A stretch of 64,000 nt of DNA from Polyangiaceae bacterium (lineage in GTDB: Bacteria; Myxococcota_A; Polyangia; Polyangiales; Polyangiaceae): contig WQYX01000014.1 in the NCBI GenBank assembly GCA_009781005.1, forward strand, positions 1,937-65,936, written 5' to 3'. Under the pieces are notes generated by a model. That model did not search any database, had not been told where the DNA came from, and saw nothing but the letters and a program-made list of their open reading frames with translations. Position numbers and translations under genes: made by a program. Each line of letters starts with the position of its first letter. Positions within the stretch are counted from its first letter, which is position 1. This document shows positions 10,299 to 18,554 of this stretch, in pieces.

Positions 10299-11653
10299 AA
10301 GCGGAGGCTTGGTTTGGCGCGGCCGAGCCAGTGGCCCACGCGGAAAGCCATCTCCAGTGCCTGACGATAATTGAGACGCGGATCACAGACGCTGGCGTAA
10401 TTCCTGTCGAGATCTTCCTCGGTGAGCCCGCCACCGACGCACTCGGTGACGTCTTCGCCGGTGAGCTCGAAGTGAACGCCGCCGAGGAAGCTGCCGCTGT
10501 CGTGATGAATGGCGAAGGTCTGTTCGATTTCGAAGAGGATGTCATCGAAGCTTCGCGTCTTGAGACCATTCGCCGTCGGAATCGTATTGCCGTGCATCGG
10601 GTCGCACACCCAAAGGACCTTGCGTTTGGCGCGATGGATCCGATCGACGAGCGGCGGCAACGCGCGCTGCACGTGCGCCGCACCCATGCGTGTGATGAGC
10701 ACGAGTTTGCCGGCTTCGTTGTTCGGGTTCAGAAACTCGAGCAAGTTCAATGCATCGGCCGGATCGACGTTCGATCCGATCTTCACGCCCACCACGTTCT
10801 CGATCCCGCGGAAGAATTCGACATGAGCGCCGTCCACCGCGCGGGTGCGTTCGCCAATCCACGGAAGATGCGTCGTGAGCAAGTAGTGGCCCGTGCGCCG
10901 CGGAACCGTGCGCGTCTGCGCCGACTCGTAGTGAAGGTTCAGGCCCTCGTGGCTCGTGTAGAACTCGACGCTGGTGAGCTCGTCGACCGTTGTCTCACCG
11001 AGCGCCTCCATGAAGCGCAACGCTTCGGAGAGCCTGTGCGACGTTTGCGTGTATTCCTCACGCATCTCCGGAGGCAGATCCGCGCGAGAGAGAAACGCGA
11101 GATCCCAGTATTCGGGGTGGTGCAAATCGGCGAAGCCGCCGTCTGACAGCGAGCGCACGAAGTTGAGCGTGAGCGCCGCGTGGCCGTAGGCGTCGAGCAT
11201 GGCGCGCGGATCTGCGCGGCGCGCCTCCGGGGTGAAGTCCGGCCGATTGATGAGATCGCCGAAGTAGCTTGGCAGCACGACACCATCGCGCTCCTCGGTC
11301 AGTTTGCTGCGCGGCTTTGCGTATTGCCCAGCGAGCCGGCCGACGCGCACGACAGGAATCTTTCCGGCGTGCACGAGGACGAGCGACATCTGAAGGAGGA
11401 TCTTCAGCTTGCTCGTGATGATGTCCGGCTTGCAGTCTGCGAACATCTCGGCGCAGTCACCGCCCTGAAGCAAAAAGCGCTTGCCTGCCTGGGCTTCGGC
11501 GACGAGCTTCTTGAGGCGCTCGATCTCCCACGACGTCACGAGCGGCGGAAGCTGTCGAAGTTTCGTGACAACCGCATCGGCACCCGCGGTGTCCTCATAA
11601 TGGATTTCTTGCGCAAGAGGCCGCGCTTTCCAAGAATCAACGGACCAAGTCAC
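10295..11653 (-). CDS. Class II DAHP synthase
   Basis: FLLQGGDCAE, GRLAGQYAKPRS, CDPMHGNT, GGVHFELTGEDVTECVGG, CDPRLN. Confidence 0.96.
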   Translation of the reverse strand: MTWSVDSWKARPLAQEIHYEDTAGADAVVTKLRQLPPLVTSWEIERLKKLVAEAQAGKRFLLQGGDCAEMFADCKPDIITSKLKILLQMSLVLVHAGKIPVVRVGRLAGQYAKPRSKLTEERDGVVLPSYFGDLINRPDFTPEARRADPRAMLDAYGHAALTLNFVRSLSDGGFADLHHPEYWDLAFLSRADLPPEMREEYTQTSHRLSEALRFMEALGETTVDELTSVEFYTSHEGLNLHYESAQTRTVPRRTGHYLLTTHLPWIGERTRAVDGAHVEFFRGIENVVGVKIGSNVDPADALNLLEFLNPNNEAGKLVLITRMGAAHVQRALPPLVDRIHRAKRKVLWVCDPMHGNTIPTANGLKTRSFDDILFEIEQTFAIHHDSGSFLGGVHFELTGEDVTECVGGGLTEEDLDRNYASVCDPRLNYRQALEMAFRVGHWLGRAKPSLRF

Positions 11654-11921
11654 AGTGGACGCAGACTAGCGAGACGAGCCGCGTTTGTCGTCGTTAAGTG
11701 GACCCCACCGCGCCGCTCGCTGCGCTCGCCGCGCGCGCTCCCCTTGGCCTCGTGCTCGTCAGGCGCGAAGCGCGCCTTCCTGCGCGCGGAGCAGGGGAGC
11801 CCACAACTGCAGCATCATCGCAAGGATTATACTCTCATCGAGAGGACAACATCGTCACGTGTACCCCACAAGGGAGTACACATGTCTGGGGCTGCTCGAC
11901 GGAGCCAACACCTGTGAGCCT

Positions 11922-11978
11922 TCCCCATCCGTGCCTTCATGAGGGGAAGGCAGCGAAGCGAGATGGCGCGGATGGGGG
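11922..11978. repeat. REP-like hairpin just downstream of asd
   Basis: CCTTCCCC...GGGGAAGG stem plus the CCCC(C)ATCCG arm; single copy in this window. Confidence 0.45.
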
Positions 11979-11980
11979 CC

Positions 11981-12997
11981 TTAAATGAGGCGCTCGGCGA
12001 TCTGCACGGCGTTGAGCGCCGCGCCCTTTCGAAGGTTGTCGGCGACGACGAACATGTTGATCGCGCCCTTGACGGCGAGATCGTCGCGCACGCGTCCGAC
12101 GTAGACCGGATCGGTACCAGAAGCCTGCGCTGGTTGCGGGTGCTTGCCCGGCGCATACGGTTCGTCCATGAGCACGACGCCCTCGGCGTTGCGCAGAAGG
12201 TGCTTCGCTTTTTCGGCCGTCATGGGTTCGTGAAACTGCACGAAGACAGCTTCGGAGTGACCGTTGACGACCGGAACGCGCACGGTGGTGGGTGAGACGC
12301 CGATCGAATCATCGCCCATGATCTTGCGCGTCTCGTTCACCATTTTGAGTTCTTCTTCGGAGTAATCCATCTCGCCGGTCTTCCAGTCGCTCATGACGTT
12401 GAACGCCATCTGACCGGGGAAGACGCTCGGCGTGACGGGCTTGCCGTCGAGCACGGCACGCGCTTGCGCCAAGAGATCTTCGACGGCCGCGTGACCCTTG
12501 CCGCTCGTTGCCTGGTAGGTGGACACGACGATGTGTTTGATGTGTGCGGCGTCGTGCAGAGGCTTGAGCGCAACGACCATCTGGATGGTGGAGCAATTCG
12601 GGTTCGCGATGATCCCTTTCGGACGATGCTTCGCAGCGTCCATGTTCACCTCGGGCACGACGAGAGGAACCTCGGGATCCATGCGCCACGCGCTCGAATT
12701 GTCGATCACGATCGCGCCTGCCTTTGCGGCGATGGGACCGTACTCGCGCGAGACGCTCGCGCCCGCACTGAAGAGCGCGAAGTCCACGCCTGCAAACGAC
12801 TGCGGACCGAGCTCGGAGACGACGATCTCGCTCTTGCCGAACGCGAGAACTTTTCCTGCGCTGCGCTTGCTCGCGAGCGCCACGACGCGTGAAACTGGAA
12901 AGTTGCGTTGCTCGAGTGTGCGCAACATCTCGCGACCAACGGCGCCCGTGGCACCAACAACAGCAACAACGAATGATTTTCCGGCAGGATGAGTCAT
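11981..12997 (-). CDS. asd: Aspartate-semialdehyde dehydrogenase
   Basis: VVGATGAVG, IDNSSAWRM, IIANPNCST, DNLRKGAALNAVQIAE. Confidence 0.97.
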   Translation of the reverse strand: MTHPAGKSFVVAVVGATGAVGREMLRTLEQRNFPVSRVVALASKRSAGKVLAFGKSEIVVSELGPQSFAGVDFALFSAGASVSREYGPIAAKAGAIVIDNSSAWRMDPEVPLVVPEVNMDAAKHRPKGIIANPNCSTIQMVVALKPLHDAAHIKHIVVSTYQATSGKGHAAVEDLLAQARAVLDGKPVTPSVFPGQMAFNVMSDWKTGEMDYSEEELKMVNETRKIMGDDSIGVSPTTVRVPVVNGHSEAVFVQFHEPMTAEKAKHLLRNAEGVVLMDEPYAPGKHPQPAQASGTDPVYVGRVRDDLAVKGAINMFVVADNLRKGAALNAVQIAERLI

Positions 12998-13095
12998 GAG
13001 GCGCTCGACTTAGCGCGCTTTCGGCCGCGTCGCGAGCCTCATGCGTGAGATGATCGCCAAGGTCGAGTCTGCGCGCATGTTACGCTCCCCGTTCG

Positions 13096-16000
13096 ATGCG
13101 TCTTCGCAGAACGGGTTTGTTGCCGACACTCATCATGGCAGCGGCTTGCGTGAAGACCGGAGGCGCACCGCGCACTGTCGAGAGCGCTACGTTTCGCCAG
13201 GCGGGCGTCGGCTTGCATGTCGATCCAACCGTGCGGCCGGCGCGCCTCGTCCCGGAGGAGATCGACGAGACGCAAAGCTCCGGCGTCGATCCCAGTGGCG
13301 GCGTTCGGGGGATCGTCGCGGGCCTTCGCCTCGTGACGTTGCCACGCGGCGCGATCGCGACCGCCGAGGACAGATTCTCTTCGCAGCCGCACTCTGGGAT
13401 CGAGTTGCCCGCGCATCTGTCGGGCGGCTTTCTCTTCGTCGTCGGATCGAACATCTGGCGCGCAGAAACGTGGCTCGGGCGCGCCGCACCCATCTTCACC
13501 AGCGCGCAGCCAATCCAGGAAATCATCCCGGGGCTCGATCGCGTTTACTTGCGTATGACAAACGCCTACGTCGCCATCGACGGAAAAACAGGGCGCGTAC
13601 TCGATCTGGGACCGTTGCCGAAGAGTCCGACCATCGCGTCCTTTGCTGCGATCGATGCATGGAGCGCTGCGGCCGTGACCGATCTGCGCGGTGTGATGGC
13701 AACCTTCGACGCAGGCACCACCTGGCGTTCGCTCGACTTGCCGATGACTGCACGTCAGATCATCGCTCTGACTGGCCATCACCTCGCGATTGTCGGCGTC
13801 GAGGCGGGTCACGAGACGTGGTTCGATCTCGCCGCAGACGGAAGCCTGACACGCCTTCGTAAGGCTCCGCGCGAAGAGACTCCCTTCGTGCGTGTGCCGG
13901 CAACCGAGCGCGACGAAGTCTCTATGCGCATCTTCGGCAAGATCCCGCTCGTTGCCGCCATCGAAGATGGCTGGCCTCTCGCGGACGGCACGGCGGTCAT
14001 CGCACGCGACGGAGCGCTCGGTCGCGTGCGCTTGTCCGACGGGGCGCTCATCGACTTTGTGCAGAATGCATTCTCTCTCGAGCCCGCGCGCTGCCATCCG
14101 ATCGCGCTCGCACAAAGCGAAGAAGCCGCGGGATTCGGATTCGTCTGCGGCGAGCCGCACGGCGCGACGATCATCTATGCCTACGACGACAAGCGCGGGG
14201 GGCTCGTGCCCCTTCGACGGTTCAACGAGCCTCGTGTCGTGACGCCCTCGGGCAACGGCGCAATCGCCGTGCACGGTACGTGCGCGCCGAGCGCGGAGCC
14301 GCTGCCCGTCGACAAGACGGCTGCAATCGCGCAGCCCTTCTGCATTTTCGGCGTCGATCGCGTCTGGCGCGACGTCGTCATCCACAGCGACGCAGGCGAC
14401 GGCCGCGTGATCGTGCTCAGGGACGGCAAGATCGCCGTCGTGTCGCCGCCGCCCTCGCAAGACATTCCAGCGAGGCTCACGGTTTTGGATCACGGACGCG
14501 CCACGACGACGCCGATTGTCTTGCCGAAGGTGCCTCCCGATGTTGCAACCGTGTTGCATTTCGGCGTGTGGCTCGACGGTTTCGAGGAGCGCCGTCCCGG
14601 TGTGGTCGGCGGTTGGATCGAAGCCGGCGGCGCGATGCTCGGCATCGAGATCGATCTCACCGGCAACGTCACGTTGGGACAATACGTGCGTGATGCAGGT
14701 ATGCCGTTCGTCTCCGGTCGCTACGGCTTCGGTTGGACGGGCACGCGCGGTTACGAGACGACCGACGGCGGCATGAAGTGGACGTCGCTCGATCTGCCCG
14801 CCGCGCTCTTCAAGAAGGTTACGTCGCGCGCGTGCGGACCCATCGGATGCACAGCCGCCGGGTGGCTTCGCGTGGGATGGGGCGAGGGCAAGAAGGCCGA
14901 GCCCGTCAACGCTCCCGGAACCTATTGTCCGGCGACATCGGCGGCTCCGCCCGAGATCGATCTCGTCTGCACGTCGCTGGCTCCTGCCGCCCCGAAACCG
15001 CGCGCGCCGAAGCCCGCGAGGCCGTCGCGCACGCCGCCTCCTCTGGCCTCCGCAACGGTCAACGCCTCGACCGCGGTGCTCGCGCAGGGGTTCGCGGGCT
15101 TGACCGAGATGCCTGCATTCTACAATGAACCGGGCCCCGCGCTCCGCGATGCCGACCGCGGGCTGTCCTTCGAAGTGCAAGAGTTGCCCGAGCGAAGTTC
15201 GCGCGTCGGAAGTCTTGCACGCGTTTATGGTTGGGCGCCCAAGACGGGCGAATGGGACACGCTCGGCCAATGGCAGATCAAATGGCTCTCGCCGTTTTCC
15301 GGCTGGCCCGAGATCCGCGCGACTGCGCCGGCACCAACGCGTGCGGCAATCGCCGAGATCTTCAGGATGAGCGGCACCTACGGCATGACGAGTGGTTGGA
15401 AGATGGCGCCGGGCAACGATGCTGCGCACGCGATGCTCATCGGGCGCCGTGCGGACGCTTCGGAGACGTTGCTCTTCGAGCTCGAGGCCGATCGCGCTCC
15501 CGTCCCGGTGGCGCGCGCAGATGGCGAACCGTTCTCCGAGATCGAAGGCGTCGTGCGCACGGCCGGAAGCTGGTTCGTCGCAACCCCGAGCACGACGTCG
15601 CCCAGGGCGGCGACGATTGTCTCGCAAATCGACGGCGGCATTGCGCGAGAGATCGCCCGCATTCCGCGCCTGCAGATCGACGGTGGACGCTCTTCCTCAA
15701 CGAGGCTCGTGAGTCGCTCCGATGGGCGCGCAATCGGACTCGTCGTCGATGGTCAGGCCACCGCCGATCGCGCGACGCCAACGCGCTGGGTCCTTCCGAT
15801 CGATCTCGAGAGCGGTCAACTCGGTGAACCCACGTTGCTCGGTTACGCCGATCTCGGCGGTCGCGTGCTCAGCGCATGCACTGACGATTTCACCGGATGG
15901 GTCATCGACACGGGCCTTGCGCAAAGCGCGATTCGGCTGAACACGGTTCGCGGCAAAGGCGCACTTCGCAACGTCTATGCGCGCGTTCGTCTCACGAGCG

Positions 16001-16176
16001 CCGATGCATGCATCGAGCGCCTCTCGGGGGTCTTCTACGATGCGTCGGTCGGGCGCGCGTCCGCGCTGTCGCGACCCGATCTGCCCGCCCAGTCAACCCA
16101 GAAAGCCGGCAAGGTCATAGTGACCGCGATGGTCGAGCAATCTCGCGCTCCACTTGCTTGCACCATGAAGCAATGA
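13096..16176 (+). CDS. Large lipoprotein (1026 aa) with Asp-box-like motifs
   Basis: MAAAC lipobox-like; TFDAGTTW and TTDGGMKW; Pro-rich linker. Confidence 0.65.
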   Translation: MRLRRTGLLPTLIMAAACVKTGGAPRTVESATFRQAGVGLHVDPTVRPARLVPEEIDETQSSGVDPSGGVRGIVAGLRLVTLPRGAIATAEDRFSSQPHSGIELPAHLSGGFLFVVGSNIWRAETWLGRAAPIFTSAQPIQEIIPGLDRVYLRMTNAYVAIDGKTGRVLDLGPLPKSPTIASFAAIDAWSAAAVTDLRGVMATFDAGTTWRSLDLPMTARQIIALTGHHLAIVGVEAGHETWFDLAADGSLTRLRKAPREETPFVRVPATERDEVSMRIFGKIPLVAAIEDGWPLADGTAVIARDGALGRVRLSDGALIDFVQNAFSLEPARCHPIALAQSEEAAGFGFVCGEPHGATIIYAYDDKRGGLVPLRRFNEPRVVTPSGNGAIAVHGTCAPSAEPLPVDKTAAIAQPFCIFGVDRVWRDVVIHSDAGDGRVIVLRDGKIAVVSPPPSQDIPARLTVLDHGRATTTPIVLPKVPPDVATVLHFGVWLDGFEERRPGVVGGWIEAGGAMLGIEIDLTGNVTLGQYVRDAGMPFVSGRYGFGWTGTRGYETTDGGMKWTSLDLPAALFKKVTSRACGPIGCTAAGWLRVGWGEGKKAEPVNAPGTYCPATSAAPPEIDLVCTSLAPAAPKPRAPKPARPSRTPPPLASATVNASTAVLAQGFAGLTEMPAFYNEPGPALRDADRGLSFEVQELPERSSRVGSLARVYGWAPKTGEWDTLGQWQIKWLSPFSGWPEIRATAPAPTRAAIAEIFRMSGTYGMTSGWKMAPGNDAAHAMLIGRRADASETLLFELEADRAPVPVARADGEPFSEIEGVVRTAGSWFVATPSTTSPRAATIVSQIDGGIAREIARIPRLQIDGGRSSSTRLVSRSDGRAIGLVVDGQATADRATPTRWVLPIDLESGQLGEPTLLGYADLGGRVLSACTDDFTGWVIDTGLAQSAIRLNTVRGKGALRNVYARVRLTSADACIERLSGVFYDASVGRASALSRPDLPAQSTQKAGKVIVTAMVEQSRAPLACTMKQ

Positions 16177-16177
16177 A

Positions 16178-17317
16178 TCAGATACCCAAGAGCACGCGGC
16201 CAATACCGCGTTGATGGATCATTTCCATCGCCGTGTGCACGTTTTTGATATCGGTGTTCGGATCGATGCCAATGCGGAAATGCAATTGTCCCTCCGGTGT
16301 GCGTGAGGAGTGGATGGAATCGAGGTTGATTCGGAGCGTTTCGAAGACCGACAAGAGCGCACGCAGCGAGCCGGGTTCGTCGAGCGGCAGAAATACGCTG
16401 AGATGGGCCGGTATCGCAAGATCGCTCAGCAGATAGCGAAGTCGATCGAATTCATAACTCCCTTTTTGCAGCGAATCAGCATCGTAAAAGGTACGCGCTT
16501 GCTCGAGCAGGCGTACGCGCATCGCTCGTCGCGCGGCCTCGTCGTTGGCACGCACGCAATCGCGTAAAAATTCGATATGCGCGGCCAAGCGTTCGAGCAT
16601 GGTGCCGATATAAGGATTTTCGAATTGGATATCTTGATAGATGGCTGGGTTGCTTGCGAGCATACGGCGCGTCACCACACTGTCGAGTTCATAACCCACC
16701 GTACGAAATCGCTGGATGGCCTCGAGCCCACCAAGCGGAGGGGAACATTCGCGCAGCACCGCAGCCTGCGCCATGTGCGCGGCGTGCACCATGCCCTGCA
16801 CGAGGGCCATGATGCGGTCATGCTGGGCCGGATCCGCGGGAACGCAGTCGGCCTCTGTTCGAGCGAGAAATGGCGCCAACCAATCACGCCACTCCAAAAG
16901 GCGTGCTTCGCAGACCACCATGACACAACCCTTGAGGGTGGGGATCTTCGGTGGTGCCGTCATGGGATGCAAGCCCACCACTTCCGCCTGCGAACGCATT
17001 AATGCTGCCATGGGTGCGGTCTTGGTGGACGTGAGGTCCATCCACAACTTACCGCGCTCGCGGCCTGCGGCGATTTCTGTGTATTCGTCGATGAGGGCGG
17101 GCGTGATGCGAATAGGCGCGGTGAAGATGAGGATATCGGCTTCGACAATCAATTGTTCGGGCGTCCGCTCTACGTCGCCTGCCGGATCGCGTCCGATGAC
17201 GCGGAGCTTCATCTCCTGTTCGAAAAATTGGTGCAGCCATCGCCCGAATGCTCCCTGACTGCCAACGAGACCGACAACGGGAGATATCCTGTTGATACCG
17301 ACGCAAGGGGTAGCCAT
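16178..17317 (-). CDS. tyrA: Prephenate dehydrogenase with C-terminal ACT-like domain
   Basis: GLVGSQGAFG Rossmann motif, DLTSTK, GLHPM, HDRIMALVQG; C-terminal DEPGSLRALLSVF. Start placed at ATG 17317. Confidence 0.85.
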   Translation of the reverse strand: MATPCVGINRISPVVGLVGSQGAFGRWLHQFFEQEMKLRVIGRDPAGDVERTPEQLIVEADILIFTAPIRITPALIDEYTEIAAGRERGKLWMDLTSTKTAPMAALMRSQAEVVGLHPMTAPPKIPTLKGCVMVVCEARLLEWRDWLAPFLARTEADCVPADPAQHDRIMALVQGMVHAAHMAQAAVLRECSPPLGGLEAIQRFRTVGYELDSVVTRRMLASNPAIYQDIQFENPYIGTMLERLAAHIEFLRDCVRANDEAARRAMRVRLLEQARTFYDADSLQKGSYEFDRLRYLLSDLAIPAHLSVFLPLDEPGSLRALLSVFETLRINLDSIHSSRTPEGQLHFRIGIDPNTDIKNVHTAMEMIHQRGIGRVLLGI

Positions 17318-17331
17318 GGATCCGTACGCCT

Positions 17332-18123
17332 TCAACGACCGTTGAATTTGGGTCTGCGCTTCTCGGCAAAGGCGGCGAGTGCCTCGCGGCGATCCTCGCT
17401 CACGAGGACTTTGTCGTAACTGATTTTTTCGAGTTCGAGACCGATGTCGAGCGTGACACCGAAGGAACGATCGATCGCCTCGAGAGCCGCGGCCTGCGCG
17501 AGGGGCGCGCCGTTCACGACGGGCTCGATAAAAGCCATCGCCTCGTCGACGAGATTCGTACCCGCAGGGATCACGCGATGGACGAGACCCCACGCGAGAG
17601 CCTCCTCCGCGGAAAGCTTGCGACCAAGGAGAATCATTTCCTTGGCGCGCGCCTCACCCACGACTCGCGGAAGACGCTGCGTCCCGCCTGCCGCCGGGAT
17701 GATGCCGAGCGTCGTCTCCAGGAGAGCCACTTCTGCATGCGGCGCAGCAATACGCAAATCGCAGACGAGCGCGAGCTCGAGTCCGCCGCCAAACGCGACA
17801 CCGTTGAGCGCTGCAACGACGGGTTTTGGCGAGCGATCAATCGCGCCAAGCTCCGAACGATACAATTCGACTTGAACGCGAATATCGTTCTCCGTCATAT
17901 CCTTTCGCTCTTTGAGATCGGCGCCCGCGCAAAAGGCTTTGTCGCCCTTGCCCGTCAGCACGATGGCGCGAATGGACGGATTCGTGGCGGCCTCGCGCGC
18001 GAGCTTGCCAAGTGCAAAGAGGGTCGGACGCGAAAGGCTATTTCTGCGCATTTCGCGATCGATCGTCCAGATGACGACGTGACCACGCTGCTCGACCTCG
18101 ACTGGAAAAGATTCATCCGCCAT
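17332..18123 (-). CDS. Enoyl-CoA hydratase/isomerase family protein
   Basis: AFCAGADLKE, AFGGGLELAL, GIIPAAGGTQRLPR. Start placed at ATG 18123. Confidence 0.93.
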   Translation of the reverse strand: MADESFPVEVEQRGHVVIWTIDREMRRNSLSRPTLFALGKLAREAATNPSIRAIVLTGKGDKAFCAGADLKERKDMTENDIRVQVELYRSELGAIDRSPKPVVAALNGVAFGGGLELALVCDLRIAAPHAEVALLETTLGIIPAAGGTQRLPRVVGEARAKEMILLGRKLSAEEALAWGLVHRVIPAGTNLVDEAMAFIEPVVNGAPLAQAAALEAIDRSFGVTLDIGLELEKISYDKVLVSEDRREALAAFAEKRRPKFNGR

Positions 18124-18191
18124 GGCCCCGCCCGTTAGCACGCCAAACTCACGCTCTAAAGAATTCAAAACGCGAGGGCCAGACGGCGTGC

Positions 18192-18542
18192 TTACTGCGC
18201 TGCGCCTTCGAGGGCGATGAGGCGCGCCTCATGGTTGTCGAGCCTGACGTTGATGCGCTTCACCTCGTCAGCAACCTCCAAGACCGCAAGCTGGGTCAAC
18301 TTCACGTCATGTGCGACGTGGTCGATCCTGGCGCTCAGTTCCTCATGAACGTGGTCGATCTTGGCGTCGAGCCTGTCCATCCGCGTCTCGAGCCTGTCCA
18401 TCCGCGTCCCGAGTTCGTGAAATTGGTCCGCGACGGTCTGACGAAAATCTTGCACCTCGGACAAGACCTGCACCATCAGCCTCTCGAGTCTTTCGGCATC
18501 CACAACGATCACGCTAGCATGAGGGGGGGCACGCCGCGGCAA
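18192..18542 (-). CDS. Small coiled-coil heptad-repeat protein
   Basis: LGTRMDRLETRMDRLDAKIDHV; start uncertain. Confidence 0.6.
   Translation of the reverse strand: MPRRAPPHASVIVVDAERLERLMVQVLSEVQDFRQTVADQFHELGTRMDRLETRMDRLDAKIDHVHEELSARIDHVAHDVKLTQLAVLEVADEVKRINVRLDNHEARLIALEGAAQ
18367..18408. repeat. 21-bp perfect tandem repeat, two copies
   Basis: TCGAGCCTGTCCATCCGCGTC x2, encoding a heptad. Confidence 0.9.
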
Positions 18543-18554
18543 ATCGAAAGCGGT
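18535..18554 (-). mobile_element. End remnant of the 123-bp element
   Basis: CGCGGCAAATCGAAAGCGGT is identical to the end of the 28523 copy; it abuts the pilQ stop codon. Confidence 0.75.

Noticed and set aside
11820-11860. Minus-strand TATAAT as a promoter for DAHP synthase
   Set aside because: No properly spaced -35 found, so not listed as a feature.
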